Of a stretch of 64,000 nt of DNA, positions 51,883 to 64,000 are shown piece after piece. The position numbers were made by a program, and so were the translations under genes. The notes under the pieces were generated by a model. The model searched no databases. It was not told where the DNA came from and saw only the letters and a list, made by a program, of their open reading frames with translations. Origin of the DNA: Trichinella spiralis. Its lineage: Eukaryota. The stretch lies in contig NW_003526941.1 in the NCBI RefSeq assembly GCF_000181795.1, positions 10,875,751 through 10,939,750 on the forward strand, read 5' to 3'. Positions within the stretch are counted from its first letter, which is position 1, and every line of letters begins with the position of its first letter.

Positions 51883-54411
51883 TTAAGCCGTTGTTGATTC
51901 GGCGTCATTTTGTTCCATAATAGCTCTGCTGTAAGCCATATCCCAGTAATACTCGACGCCGTGTTTTTGAAAATATTCGCGAGCTAATTTTTCAAGAGGG
52001 CACATTTTGAATTTAATCTCTCCAAAAGCTTTCTTCTTCACAATACCCTTGGAAAAGAAAAACAATTTATATTGCAACTGATACAATGTTTAAAATCAAA
52101 GAAAAAAAAGAAATTAAACAAGCTACCTCCCAAATGAGAAAACAACGATTGGGCGGACTTTGCTTTTTGCTCGTGCCAGGAATTTGTTGATCTTCCCATT
52201 TTATTCGATGCATCATGAGCCGTTTGAAAAATCTCTGCTGTTTTGGCCCTGCAAAAAAAACATACAGAAGAATTCATTGGTTTTTTAATTTGATTTCTTC
52301 CAACTCACCTCCTTCAACAACAATCACATTGATGTCTTTATGCAAAACTACGGTGCCAGTCATGTGAATTTGCTTGGCATTCATTTCTACTTTGAATTTT
52401 TTCGCCGGATCCGACAAATCCAACACCCTATATACGGCAACGTGAACCCCAGTTGACAGATCGTCGCTAATTTTTTTCGCTCTTTTCATTATTCTCTGTT
52501 CGTGGGTAAGTTTCCTAGCCAAATTTGCCTCTTCATGCTTTTTCAGCCGCTTCGCCATCTGCTCCCTAACGTGGGCTTCCATTTTCGTGGGATCTTGTAT
52601 GGCTTGGCTTTCCAACACTCGCATTAAATTACTAATTTTAACTAAACAGACAAATAAATAAATAAATTCATTTCCACAAATTGAATAAACAATTTTTGAA
52701 AACCTTTGGGTTCCGGCGGTGGTTCGAGTCCAAGTCGAATTTTTTCCGTCTTTTCACGTTGGGTTTCTTTGCGATTTTGACGACGCAATTTCTTCTGCTC
52801 TTTTTTGGTCAAATATACTTTCAGGCAGTTGCGGTCGCTGTGCTCTCCAGGTGGCTTCAATTGAACTGGATGTTCAATCAAATTTGTAATAATATCAAAA
52901 TTCAACGAATCCAAATCCACATCATAACTGTACAAACAACAAAATATAAACTGTTGCATGCAATCAAAAACACTCAACAATTAATTAAGTAGCAGTAATT
53001 ATAATAGTAATATAACATTAAGTTGAAAAAAGTAATTTTTAAAAACACACTCACGTTTCGCCTGGTAAAATTACAGAATCCCACCATTCTACATTTGGAA
53101 CTTCTGCTTCTACCTGCAAAATTGTACAGACAGGTATTAAAAGTGCAAAAATAGCAAAAGCTGAAAATCAAAAACAAAACTTACCGATTCTGCGACCCGA
53201 GGAACAACCATGGCAAGTTTCACGGCTGAAGATATGCCTGTCTTTTTGGAAGCTAGTGAAATCTCTTGCTGCAATCGTTCGAGACGGCATTTCGCACGCA
53301 AACGGTTTGCTTGTTTTACATATTCACCGTCTTGTTTGAAGGAAAACTCTCGACGAGCACGACCCGGCCCTTTTACTCTATATGCAAAAAAATTCATTCA
53401 TTAATAATACAAATAAAAACACTGCTTATATAAATTGTATTTTTTTCACTTGACACGCTTATCAAAAAACGTTGCATTCTCTGTAACGCGATCGTCCGTT
53501 GCTTGGGCAGTTTCTTGAACAGCTTTATTGAACAATGCGACCTTTTCAGCGCGAATATTAGCCTGAAAATTGAATAGAAAAAAACTGATAAATCTGATCA
53601 ACAGAAAACAACAATAACTACTTTCAATGTTGGCTGTCGTTGTATTAATTGCACAGCACGTCCATCTGTGTCTACAGTACGTCCTTCGGAATCCAAAATC
53701 AGTGGAGTTGGTTTGCCCGGCTGACGAGCAACAGCCTGATAATTCATCAAAGCCGGCAGTTTGTTTGCAATACTTTGCCTCAATTCTGCCATACGATTCA
53801 CCCTCAGCAATGATGCATTCATGAACTCTTTGGCTTGGTCCGGTGCTATTTTGGACGGTTGCAGCTGACAAATACGACTGTTCAGAGAATTCTCATATTC
53901 AAAATTAACTACATATGGAAAACTGTTCACTTGCAACACTTTTTTCCGTTCTTCAATCATTCTCTGCGCTTTCAGCATTATTTCCTGCACTTTGGAATTT
54001 TCCAGAGCAGGCTTCGCGCTAGCAGCAGAAGCGACGCTGTCTAAATTGTCGGACGTCTTGATTTCACTCGATTTCTCATCATCAACACGGTCAAACTGAA
54101 AATACAATCAAACAAAAATGGAACTGCTTGAGAAAATTAGAACAGAAAAAATTCTCATTAAACAGTATGCAGACCCGACTCTTTCTGCCCGATGGTTTGA
54201 TAAGTTGAGACGAATCAGAAAATACGGCGTTCAAAATTTTTTCCACATCTTCTTCTTCACTGTGCACTTCAAGCAACTTCTGTTTCATTTTTGTTTTATC
54301 ATAGCCACGATCGATCGCTTTGGTCAACGCGTGGGTTAGTTTGCTGTGAGTTGTGCCAATTGCTTTCTTTAATATAATTTTCGCAGCTTCTTTTGGTTCC
54401 GATTCGGGCAT
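51883..54411 (-). CDS. prp-3: U4/U6 snRNP protein Prp3
   Basis: Motifs include [66 protein letters not shown] and [17 protein letters not shown]. Confidence 0.95.
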
Positions 54412-55161
54412 CTTTACAGAAAAACCGTCCAAAGTAACGAAACTTTACAATTCAGGAGATTAAATAAGAAACTACCGTATGAAAGTGAGCTAGAAGGTTC
54501 AAAGTACAGTACACTTCGGAAACAAAACAAAGTTGTTATCTGATAAATTGCATATATTATTAAAAATTTAGAATTATTTTCATTTATAATTAATTTTTTT
54601 AAATTTAATTTAATTTTTCTTTTGTTTTTATACTTTCAATTTATTTTTAAGCGAGTCTTATTTCTTATTTTATTAATAATAAACACTGCTGTGCTCAGTG
54701 ATACGTTTCATGAGTTTTGGAAATTTCAAAAATTTTGTAATTCTTTTCTGTAAAATAATTGTTCCATTAATTGAATACCATTTACTGAATGCTACATGTG
54801 GAGCAGTTTTATTTTTTGAACACAAATCCTTTTACATTTTTTTGCAAATAACATGAATAATATATTTCATTCAACCTTGACAATATTAAAATCAAAATTT
54901 TCAAAGAAAACAAACGTTTTCAGTTTTGCCCAATTCATTCATCGTGTAAATTAAAAGAAATTTTCTGAAATGATGTTAAATTGCATAATTTCACAAACAG
55001 AAAAATAACATCTTCCGGTAACAAACTTACAAGTTGCGTAATTTGTTTTTCAATAACTTCTCCTAATGATGCTGTTTTCAATTACTTAATTAATATTTCA
55101 ACAAATTGTTAAACTGTTCATTCAAAAGTCATAGAATCAGTAAATCATAAATAAACGTTGA

Positions 55162-57668
55162 TCATATTTTTATGTACTTCTCCACCATTGCCAGCGTGAA
55201 CATGCACAGCAGTCCAAAGACAATGCCACTGAATTGAATGAAGAACAATTTGAAACCACTCATAAAATCGTGCTTCAATTTATCTTCCACTTTCTTGTTC
55301 ATATCAGGCAGCTAAAAGATAAATAATACTATTAAAAATATTTTCATCTCATAAGAAAATTGAAAAATAATAACCGCGTACCATGTTAGCCAGCGAAATA
55401 AACATAAACATACCGCCGGCGAGACTATAAATGTACATGCTTGCATGGGGAATTTCTCCCAAAATCACACCAATGACGAATCCTATATAGCACGTCAATG
55501 CTGAAAGAATATTATAAAACAAAGCTTGCCTAATCGTCATTCCGGAACTGATCAAAATAGCCACGTCACCTGAAAACCAAATTATAATCATCAACAATTT
55601 TGCAAGAAAAATTACAAACCCAATTCGTGTGGAAATTCTTCACAAAAGACCGCTATTGATACACTGATACCATCGAAGAGATTGTAAGAAAATGCGGCAC
55701 CAATCGATAGCCCATCGATAAAATTGTGAATGGCATCACCGAAAATGACCATCCATGCAATGCTGGATATGTGTCTTTTCTGCCCAATCGAGGAGATCGG
55801 ATGATCGTGACTGCACAACTGAAAACAAATCAAATGGCGCAAGTGCAATATAAAATACAAATCGGAAACAGTGTAATAAAAAGTGAAAATAGTAAACAAT
55901 AAATCAAACTTACACCAGTGGCAACTGACAGCAACTCCTTGCCATAATCGAAATAAGTATGCTGTGGACTAGACGACTGATTGGGATACGGTTTGACTTG
56001 AACCAAAGAACAATTGGATGTATAAACGCCACCCGTACTGACTTTACCCTCGTCGATGCTTGTCAACGAAACCCCCGATCCCATAATTTCATTCGTCACT
56101 GGCTTCACATTCAAAACGCGAACTGACGAATTATCATCTTTCTTAAAATCAAATAATTTATCTTTAAACAATTAATTTAAATTAATTATCAAATTATTAT
56201 TTTTTTTATCTTTCAAAGACAAAGAAATGAAAATATATTGTAAAATTGTACACTAATTGAAATCAAAAACCGATATTGATTATGAAAAATTCATGTCGAA
56301 TAATTGGAAAAAGATTTCGACAATTCTACTGTTACAGTAATCAGTCGACCGTGGCAATACCAACGCATCGCCGACGGCTCAAACATCTACCGTGATGCAT
56401 CTCTCCCTGGATTGTTCGAGTTGTCCTTGCCAGAACGTAGCTGACGTAACAACACAGATGACAACACGATAACAACAAATCAATAAAAACACGACCAAAA
56501 TTCACAAAACTCATTTACCATCATAAATTAGTACAAAACTATTGGCAAAAAAATCAAATCAATAATCAGAATGTGCCTATTCTTCATTTTTGTATTTAAA
56601 TAAAAATGAAAATAAAAAACATACTTTTCTTCTTTCGGATATCATTTTTATACCATTGTCAACCATACAAAAAGCATAAATGCCAGCTAACAGAGTCCAA
56701 AGTAACAACGGAGTGTGGCCTGTTGTTGCATCAATTTCAAAAGCCTGCAAAAAAGTAACAAAAAAAATATGGATTCTTACAAAAAGTAGTAAAACAAAAA
56801 TTTATTCTTTGATAGTATGGATAAATTTGAAAAAAATCTCTTTTTAAATTTTATGTATAGTAGAATAAAATTTTATGCTTTTTTTGACATTTAAAATTTA
56901 CTATAAAAAGTTTCAATTTAATAGAGTCTTTTGTGCTGGCATAAAGCATCGCGATAAAAATTATCATAAGATGCACTTTGTTGATTGTTCGTCATTTCCT
57001 GCCACATATGACGTTTCTGTTCAACAAAAATGTAAAGTGAAAAGAAAAACTTCCACAACACAACAAGAATGAAAATGAAAAGATCAAAGCAACTTCTGCT
57101 GACTATATTGCCATTTTCATGCAAATAGTGCAGTTAATCAATTTCCGTTTTACAATGCAGCAGGAAATGAAAAAATTCCGCTTTGCTCATTTTTGAATGC
57201 TTAGTCATAAAACAATTTTTCCTCGAAGTTCCATTAGATGAAACAAAATATTTTTTCTCTACATATACACGAAAAGAAAAGTGCTATTGGAATAAATCAC
57301 GTCGATCGTTAAAATTCATAATTGAATTTAATAATAAAATAATATGAAAAACTTACACTCGGTATGAGATTGAATACAGCCGAGCCGGACAAGGAACCGA
57401 CACCGAGACCGACGAACCAGTTGAGGATCTTTTTGTAGCGACGGGCGCCGATCAACGGCAACAATACGATGCCGACCGCAGCGCAAGAGCTGATTAAAGT
57501 GATAAAAGCCAAGCCAATTGCCCAAATTTGCCAAGATGCATGCTGCTGGTGAACATCCCCTCCGGGCAGTGTGGAACAATTCCAACAATTGGTGGTCAAC
57601 AGATCGTCAGGATGGGTGGAATGATTCGTAACAATTTTGGAAGTGGAATCAAATCTGTGAGGATGCAT
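55162..57668 (-). CDS. SLC39/ZIP (LIV-1 subfamily, ZIP8/ZIP14-type) metal transporter
   Basis: TM1-2 include [16 protein letters not shown], there is a His loop CSHDH, TM4 is [11 protein letters not shown] and TM5 is [10 protein letters not shown]. The last exon ends EKYIKI*. Confidence 0.92.
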
Positions 57669-60600
57669 TCCTCAATTTCTTCTGTCTCTAGCCTTTTAAT
57701 TCTATGGTTCTATGGGTTGGATCACAAAACGCTATGCTTCACCTTTTGAAATACAAAAGCTGAAAACACAATTTTAATACACGCCAACGAACACACGCAC
57801 GCACACAATAGAGAAAACAGTAAAATGGCAGCTATTCGAACCAACATCACGACAAAGCACAAAATGATACGTAATAAATAATTAATGAGTAAATAAACTA
57901 CCAAATAATCGATCAATGCTGCGATTTAAATAAGAATAATAATAATAATAATAAACATTTAAAACTATTCGCCCACTCGTCACCGGACTATACTGTGCTG
58001 GCCAATCAAATAGACAATTTAACAAGAAAAAGCCGAAAGGAGAAGAAACAAGGACGTGCGAGACAAACTGGTCGACCAGAACTAGCTTCAATTTCACGCC
58101 AATGACAAAATATCCCGCTAACAACAAATATTTATAATCTGTTCAAAATCAAAAAAAAATTAGCTGGACAACGTTTGATGAAAAAATAATTTTTCACTTC
58201 ATGAATTTTCACTTTCAGTTCACATTTCAGAAAAATTTAATTTTATAAATTCTTATCAAATTTATACGGAAACTTGAAAACTTTCTCTCATCGATCCATC
58301 TCAATAACCAATAATTTATTCTTACTCGATCAGATATTTAAATAACAGTTAAAGCATTTTACACAAACTTCATTATTATTCTGCGTCAACAACACACGGT
58401 TTACTACTATTTTTGCATTTCAACGGCACGATGATAGCTTGGCCTGGCCAGGAGACTTTATTACTGAACGCGTCTCAAAAAGCCGGTTCAATTTAATCAT
58501 TAGCTCTGAAGAATGTACAAAAACCAGTTTCGGAGCTATACAAAAGTTCTACACGTATATCTTCAAATAAAAAACATTGCTGAACAACAATTTTCTACAG
58601 TATAATTAACATAAAACAATACTTTACTAAATCATTGATCATTAAAAAGCATTTACTAAAACAAAAATATATCAACTGTATTGAAAAAAAAATAAAATTA
58701 AATTAAGCATAATTTTCAACTTCATCAAATTTTCAAGTCAATAATAATATTTGAATTCATCTTAAATTTCATTAAATAAAAACTAAACATATTTCAACTG
58801 ATACAGAACAGTACACTTATCACTACATGATTGAAAAAAATTTTTTTTTCTTTTAATAATCTAAAACTGATCAAAGTTATAATTTGAAAATTCATTCATT
58901 CATCTGACAATGTACATGACAAAAAGCAGCCATAGTATTATGCTTGAAACTGTTGTGCACTTTTATTGGATTTTTTTAATTAGTAAATCATAATTCTGAA
59001 GCGGATAAAAATTTTAAAAAAGAATTTCTATATGAAAAATTCAATTTTTTCAAAAACTGTTATTATTCAAAGTATGCCAAGTCATAAATTATTTAAAAAT
59101 ATTAAATAAATCAATAAATATAAAATAAAAATAAAAAATAATTGTAGTACCAAAATCTAGAACTTAATTTATTCCTTTTTCACTTGTTGAAAACCATTCC
59201 CAACAAGTGGAATTACAACACAGAAAACAAGCAAATCTTTAAATGAGATCTCTATTGAAGAAATAAATCTTTTTTGATTGACGACTCACGTTGACAGAAA
59301 AAACAACAATTAACAATTGTCGATGCAATTTCACTTTTTATATGCAAATGAAGTTAACAGTTTCGCCATGCACTATACGTAAATTAATTAATTAATCTCT
59401 CCACTATATCTATTCCAAATGTTCATTCTAATGTACTGTAATGTGAAAAAAAGCATGAACAAATCATCTATTCACATACCTTGACTTAACTAATTTGCAA
59501 TTCAGACTCAGTCAAAGGAATGTTATGACGACCATTTTAAAAATATTTCGTAATTTTAATCTTATTTCAGCAATTTCAGGAAGCTTTAATAGTATTGAGC
59601 TTTTATTAATGTTAAAGGAAAATACATCTTACCAGTGTTATGAGATAATTTTACATTTTCGGTGACAACATTCACATTTCACTATTCGAAAACTGAACTA
59701 TCTGCATTTTTCTAATATTCTTTGAGCAATCTAAATGATATCTATTTGAAACAAATTCTGCTATGTTGATACAAGGTGATTCAAGTTTTTTACATAATAA
59801 TGAATATCTGAAAACTTTATGAACAAAACCATTTACAAAAGTTTGACTTGGTGCTAGCTGACTAAAATAATAATAATAATAACAAGTTTTCTCTTTTAAA
59901 AATTTACACGCTTCCTTTGCATATTCAATATGCAGAAATTAGAAATCAGAGTAAATGTTAACTCTACACACATGCAAATCATCATTTAAACAACAGTAGC
60001 AACTGCCAATAAATGTAGTTCTTTGATAAAAGCTTCACCTAATAACAAACAGTTTAAGATTTGTTTTTCATCAGAAATTTAGCAAACGCAAAACTTACGG
60101 CATCGAATCTTTTTTGAAGTGCAGAGAATCCGAGCATTTATCGTCAATCTAAAAATGTTATCTTTTAAATAACACTAAATGAAACTGATAGATAAATATA
60201 CGAAAAACATGATGTACGAAACTGAATATTAGCAAAAACAACAGCAAGTCAGAAACTGAAAAGTCATTATGTTAAAATATGAAAATAATGCGTGCACCCG
60301 AATGCACAAATACTGTCAAACAACGGTGTACACTACTTTGATTTCAATAAGTAATAAATTCAGCACACATCTACAGCAACAGATTACCACAATTATCATT
60401 TCAGCCATATTGATTTAATCATTAAAAACAAGTTTGCTCTCAACATATTTTTACATTAGCATTGAATGAGCAATTTCAACATCAAAAACAAAAACACTTT
60501 TCATAATCTGAAAATCAACGCAAAAATTCTCAGCATCGTCACCTGACAAATTCTCGTCTCATTAATATTTTCCATAATTGACAGATATAAATAAAGTCTG

Positions 60601-61404
60601 TTCATACTGTAAAATTTATTACTCAAGTGTCAGTTGAAAACATTGCACTGACTGTTGTATAGATATGATATATTAGATTAAATAATGCAATTAAATGATA
60701 AACTTTTGTACAATTTTTAAAATATCAAAAAACATTACTTGAGTTTTCCAAATGCTATTAGAATACTGTAACTTGTAAAATGTTTTTTGAAATAAGCTTT
60801 ATTAAATTTTAATTCCATTTTTTTTCAACATGAAAAGGTTGATTTAAAAATTGCAATTTATAATTTTGATAAAAAGTTCCATATCATATGTTCAATCAGA
60901 GTGAAAAGTAAGTATAAATTCGAAAAAAAACCCGAAAATTACTCGCTTCATTTGGCACTGTACTTTTGAAAATATCAGACGAAATATATGCATATGTTTT
61001 TTTAATAATAAAATGCCTGCTGTACAATTATTTATTTTGACTACTCTGTTATGCAGAGAAATAAAGGTAGTTGTGTTAATGAAAAAAAAATTTTTTTTTC
61101 TGTCGCAGACGTTCTCTTTTTCTGTGCATGATCTAGTGATTTATATATTGACGTCGAATCAGACGATCACTGTTGGCCAACAATCGCTTCGATGCGGTCA
61201 AAGTTGTCGAATTGAATCGATCAGTTGGCGGTCATTCGTCGTTTATTGAAACTGAATTCTCTTTTATAGCACAATTCAATCGATCAGTTGCGACTTTTGA
61301 AGCGGCCGGCGGTTTCGCATGAACGTCGCGCTTACGCTTGAATCGCAGCAGCTTTGAGTAACAATTCCAATTTTTTGCTTCACACTTCCAACTTCAGAAA
61401 CAAG

Positions 61405-64000
61405 ATGGCTTTGAAACAAATTGTCGGACAGAGTATGAACTTTTATTCATAAATAAATAATTAAGTATAACTACTATCTATTAATAATTATGTGTATAAT
61501 AATGTTTGGCTCATGTTAAATTGACGAATTGTTGATGATTCATCTGTATTTAATACTAAAATATTACTGTAAATACCATAAAAATAGAATGAATGGCATT
61601 TTATTTTGATTAAATTTGACTTTCCGTTTCTTTTGCAGGGATTTTAAATGACGTCATTCGACCGTTGAAGAAAAACAAAACTCCGTGCGGTTGGAGTGTA
61701 CTTGTTGTAGATAAGCTGGCGATGCGCATGATTAGCGCTTGTTGCAAAATGCATGAAGTGATGAACGAAGGCGTGACCAGTAAGTTTTCAAACAGTGTTC
61801 TGAGGTTAACAGTATGAAAATTGCAATCTGCATTTTTTAATCGATCAGTTGTGGAAGATTTGAACAAGAAAAGGGAGCCGCTCACTTCGCTAGAAGCAAT
61901 TTATTTGATCGCTCCAACTCACGATTCCATAAATCGCATGATGGCCGATTTTCAGAATCCAATGAAATCACTGTACAAAGCGGCACACGTCTTCTTCACC
62001 GAAGGTAATTTTTGATTAGCTGTATTTTTACTTTCACATGTAGTATTGACATTTTTATCAAATTTATTGAAAAAATTAAAGGGTTATTTTTTTTTCAGCT
62101 TGTCCAGATGAACTTTTTAATGAATTATGCAAAAGTCCTGCATCTAAACGAATCAAAACACTGAAAGAAATAAACATCGCATTTACTCCATATGAATCTC
62201 AAGTATTATATTACGTTTTATTTCATTCTTGTTTATTCGTGGTTTTTCATATTTATAAATTGTTATTACATTGACCTCATCAATAATAATTTATATTTGC
62301 ATTCATAAATCGATACTATCGAATTGATTACGCATGTTTCGATAATGATGAACTGCCAGTTTGTTGTTTGTTTACTGTAAACATTAGTCCCTGACTATCA
62401 TTTTAAACCAGCTTTCAGCTTTTTGTGTGGATAATTTAATTATTTTAAATTACTATTTTTGTGACGCAGTGCATTTTTTTTAGGTATATACGTTGGATAG
62501 TCCTGAGACTTTTCAATTATTTTACAATCCGTTGAAGCAAGGTGGTTTGATTGCAAACATGGAACGCATTGCAGAGCAAATAGCTACAGTTTGTGCTACA
62601 CTCGGAGAATATCCAAGCGTTCGTTATCGCAGCGATTTCGAACGCAACGTCGAATTAGCACACTTGGTACAACAGAAGCTGGATGCTTACAAAGCTGATG
62701 AACCGACAATGGGAGAGGCGAGATTTCTATTTTTTTTACTTTTCGTAATAGACTTTTGAATAATTTGCGTTTGCAAAAAAATTTCAGGGATCAGAAAAAG
62801 CACGATCACAACTTTTGATTTTGGACCGTGGATTTGATGTTGTTTCACCGTTGCTGCACGAATTGACTTTCCAAGCAATGGCGTACGATTTGTTCGACAT
62901 TGAAAATGATGTGTTCAGGTTGTGTTGCAATGGAAGAAGCGATTATATTTGTTTACATGATTTTTTTAATTTCAAGTTTTTTAGATATGAAACAGGTGCT
63001 GGCGGTGAGCATATAGACAAAGAAGTTTTGTTAGACGAAAATGATGATCTTTGGACTGATTTACGCCACAAACACATTGCCGTAGTATCACAGTACGTAT
63101 TGTTTATTCGTTGTAATTCTTCTTGTACACAAGTGAGTTATAATTTTAATTGTTTAAAGGGAAGTAACGAAAGGCTTGAAAAAATTCATGGAAGGAAAAC
63201 GGGGTGTTGCTACAGATATGAAAAGTATCAAAGATTTGTCAAATTTAATTAAGAAAATGCCACAATACCAGAAAGAATTGAACAAATATAGCACGCATTT
63301 GCATCTCGCTGAAAAGTGCATGCAACGCTATCAAGCTGGTGTCGATAAACTGTGCAAAGTGGAACAGGTAATTTGTTGAATTGTTTGTCTTATTTTATTA
63401 AAATTTATTGTTTTTTAGGATTTAGCTATGGGTTGCGATGCGGAAGGAGAAAAAATTCGTGATCCTGTCAAATTGATTACACCGTTATTGATTGAACCAT
63501 CAGTTGATCACATGGATAAGATTCGATTGATAATGTTGCACATTTTGACAAGGAACGGTATTGTGAACTTGAAATATTCTACTTTATTATGTATTCAGTT
63601 TTTTGTTGTATTTTTGTAGGTATATCTGAAGAGAATTTGACTAAATTACTTCAGCATGCCAACATCCCGCCACAAGAAAAAGCAACGATCGTCAACACTG
63701 GCTTTCTCGGTTTGAACATCATTACTGAAGTTAGTAATGGAACTGAAATTTTTATTCTGTGATTAATTTTTTTTGCAATTTAGGCCGGCAAAAAACGCGT
63801 TTGGCAACCGAATCGTAAAGAACGCATCGGTGAACAGACTTATCAAACTTCTCGTTGGACACCAGTTTTGAAAGATATTGTTGAAGTAAGAAAAAGAAAT
63901 TATTTTATGCAAATCAAAGCATACAATATAAATTATTATTGTTTTCACTTGTATTGTAGGATGCAATTGATGATAAATTGGACCAAAGACATTTTCCGTT
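61405..64000 (+). CDS. unc-18: Sec1/Munc18 protein (UNC-18/STXBP1/Rop), 3'-truncated by the window edge
   Basis: Starts [16 protein letters not shown]. Later motifs are [67 protein letters not shown] and [10 protein letters not shown]. Confidence 0.96.

Noticed and set aside
1..64000. CRISPR arrays, rRNA, tRNA, prokaryotic or horizontally acquired cassettes, intact transposons
   Set aside because: None recognised by eye. All identified genes are typical metazoan genes. Rfam, tRNAscan and RepeatMasker runs would be needed to exclude small or divergent elements.

Overview
Eukaryotic, AT-rich, intron-dense genomic DNA with short GT-AG introns and TTTCAG-type acceptors. Gene content and style suggest a nematode, probably clade I and Trichinella-like (inference only). 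I hand-spliced 11 protein-coding genes: a single-exon Tudor protein (+), a PH-domain protein (-), an SLC6 transporter (-), a two-exon globin (-), beta-spectrin/unc-70 (-), a TPX2-like protein (+), CDC50/TMEM30 (-), a MacroD-type macrodomain protein (-), Prp3 (-), a ZIP8/14-type SLC39 transporter (-) and unc-18/Munc18 (+, runs off the window). There is a 10-N gap at 2735-2744 and a repeat-like, partly spliced segment before it. I found no rRNA, tRNA, CRISPR or intact transposon ORF, and no clearly new multi-gene system. The most interesting signals are: (1) alternative exons not shown as genes by the ORF track, namely a second first exon and a PH-less C-terminus for beta-spectrin and two first exons for CDC50; (2) a 5-kb GC-rich spectrin exon with no TTA/CTA/TCA codon over about 1,566 codons, giving a codon-aligned antisense ORF; (3) a TPX2 retaining motifs beyond the Aurora-A-binding segment; (4) an atypical globin; (5) two GC-AG introns; (6) an operon-like run of four genes. 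Exon coordinates were derived by eye and may be off by a few bases.
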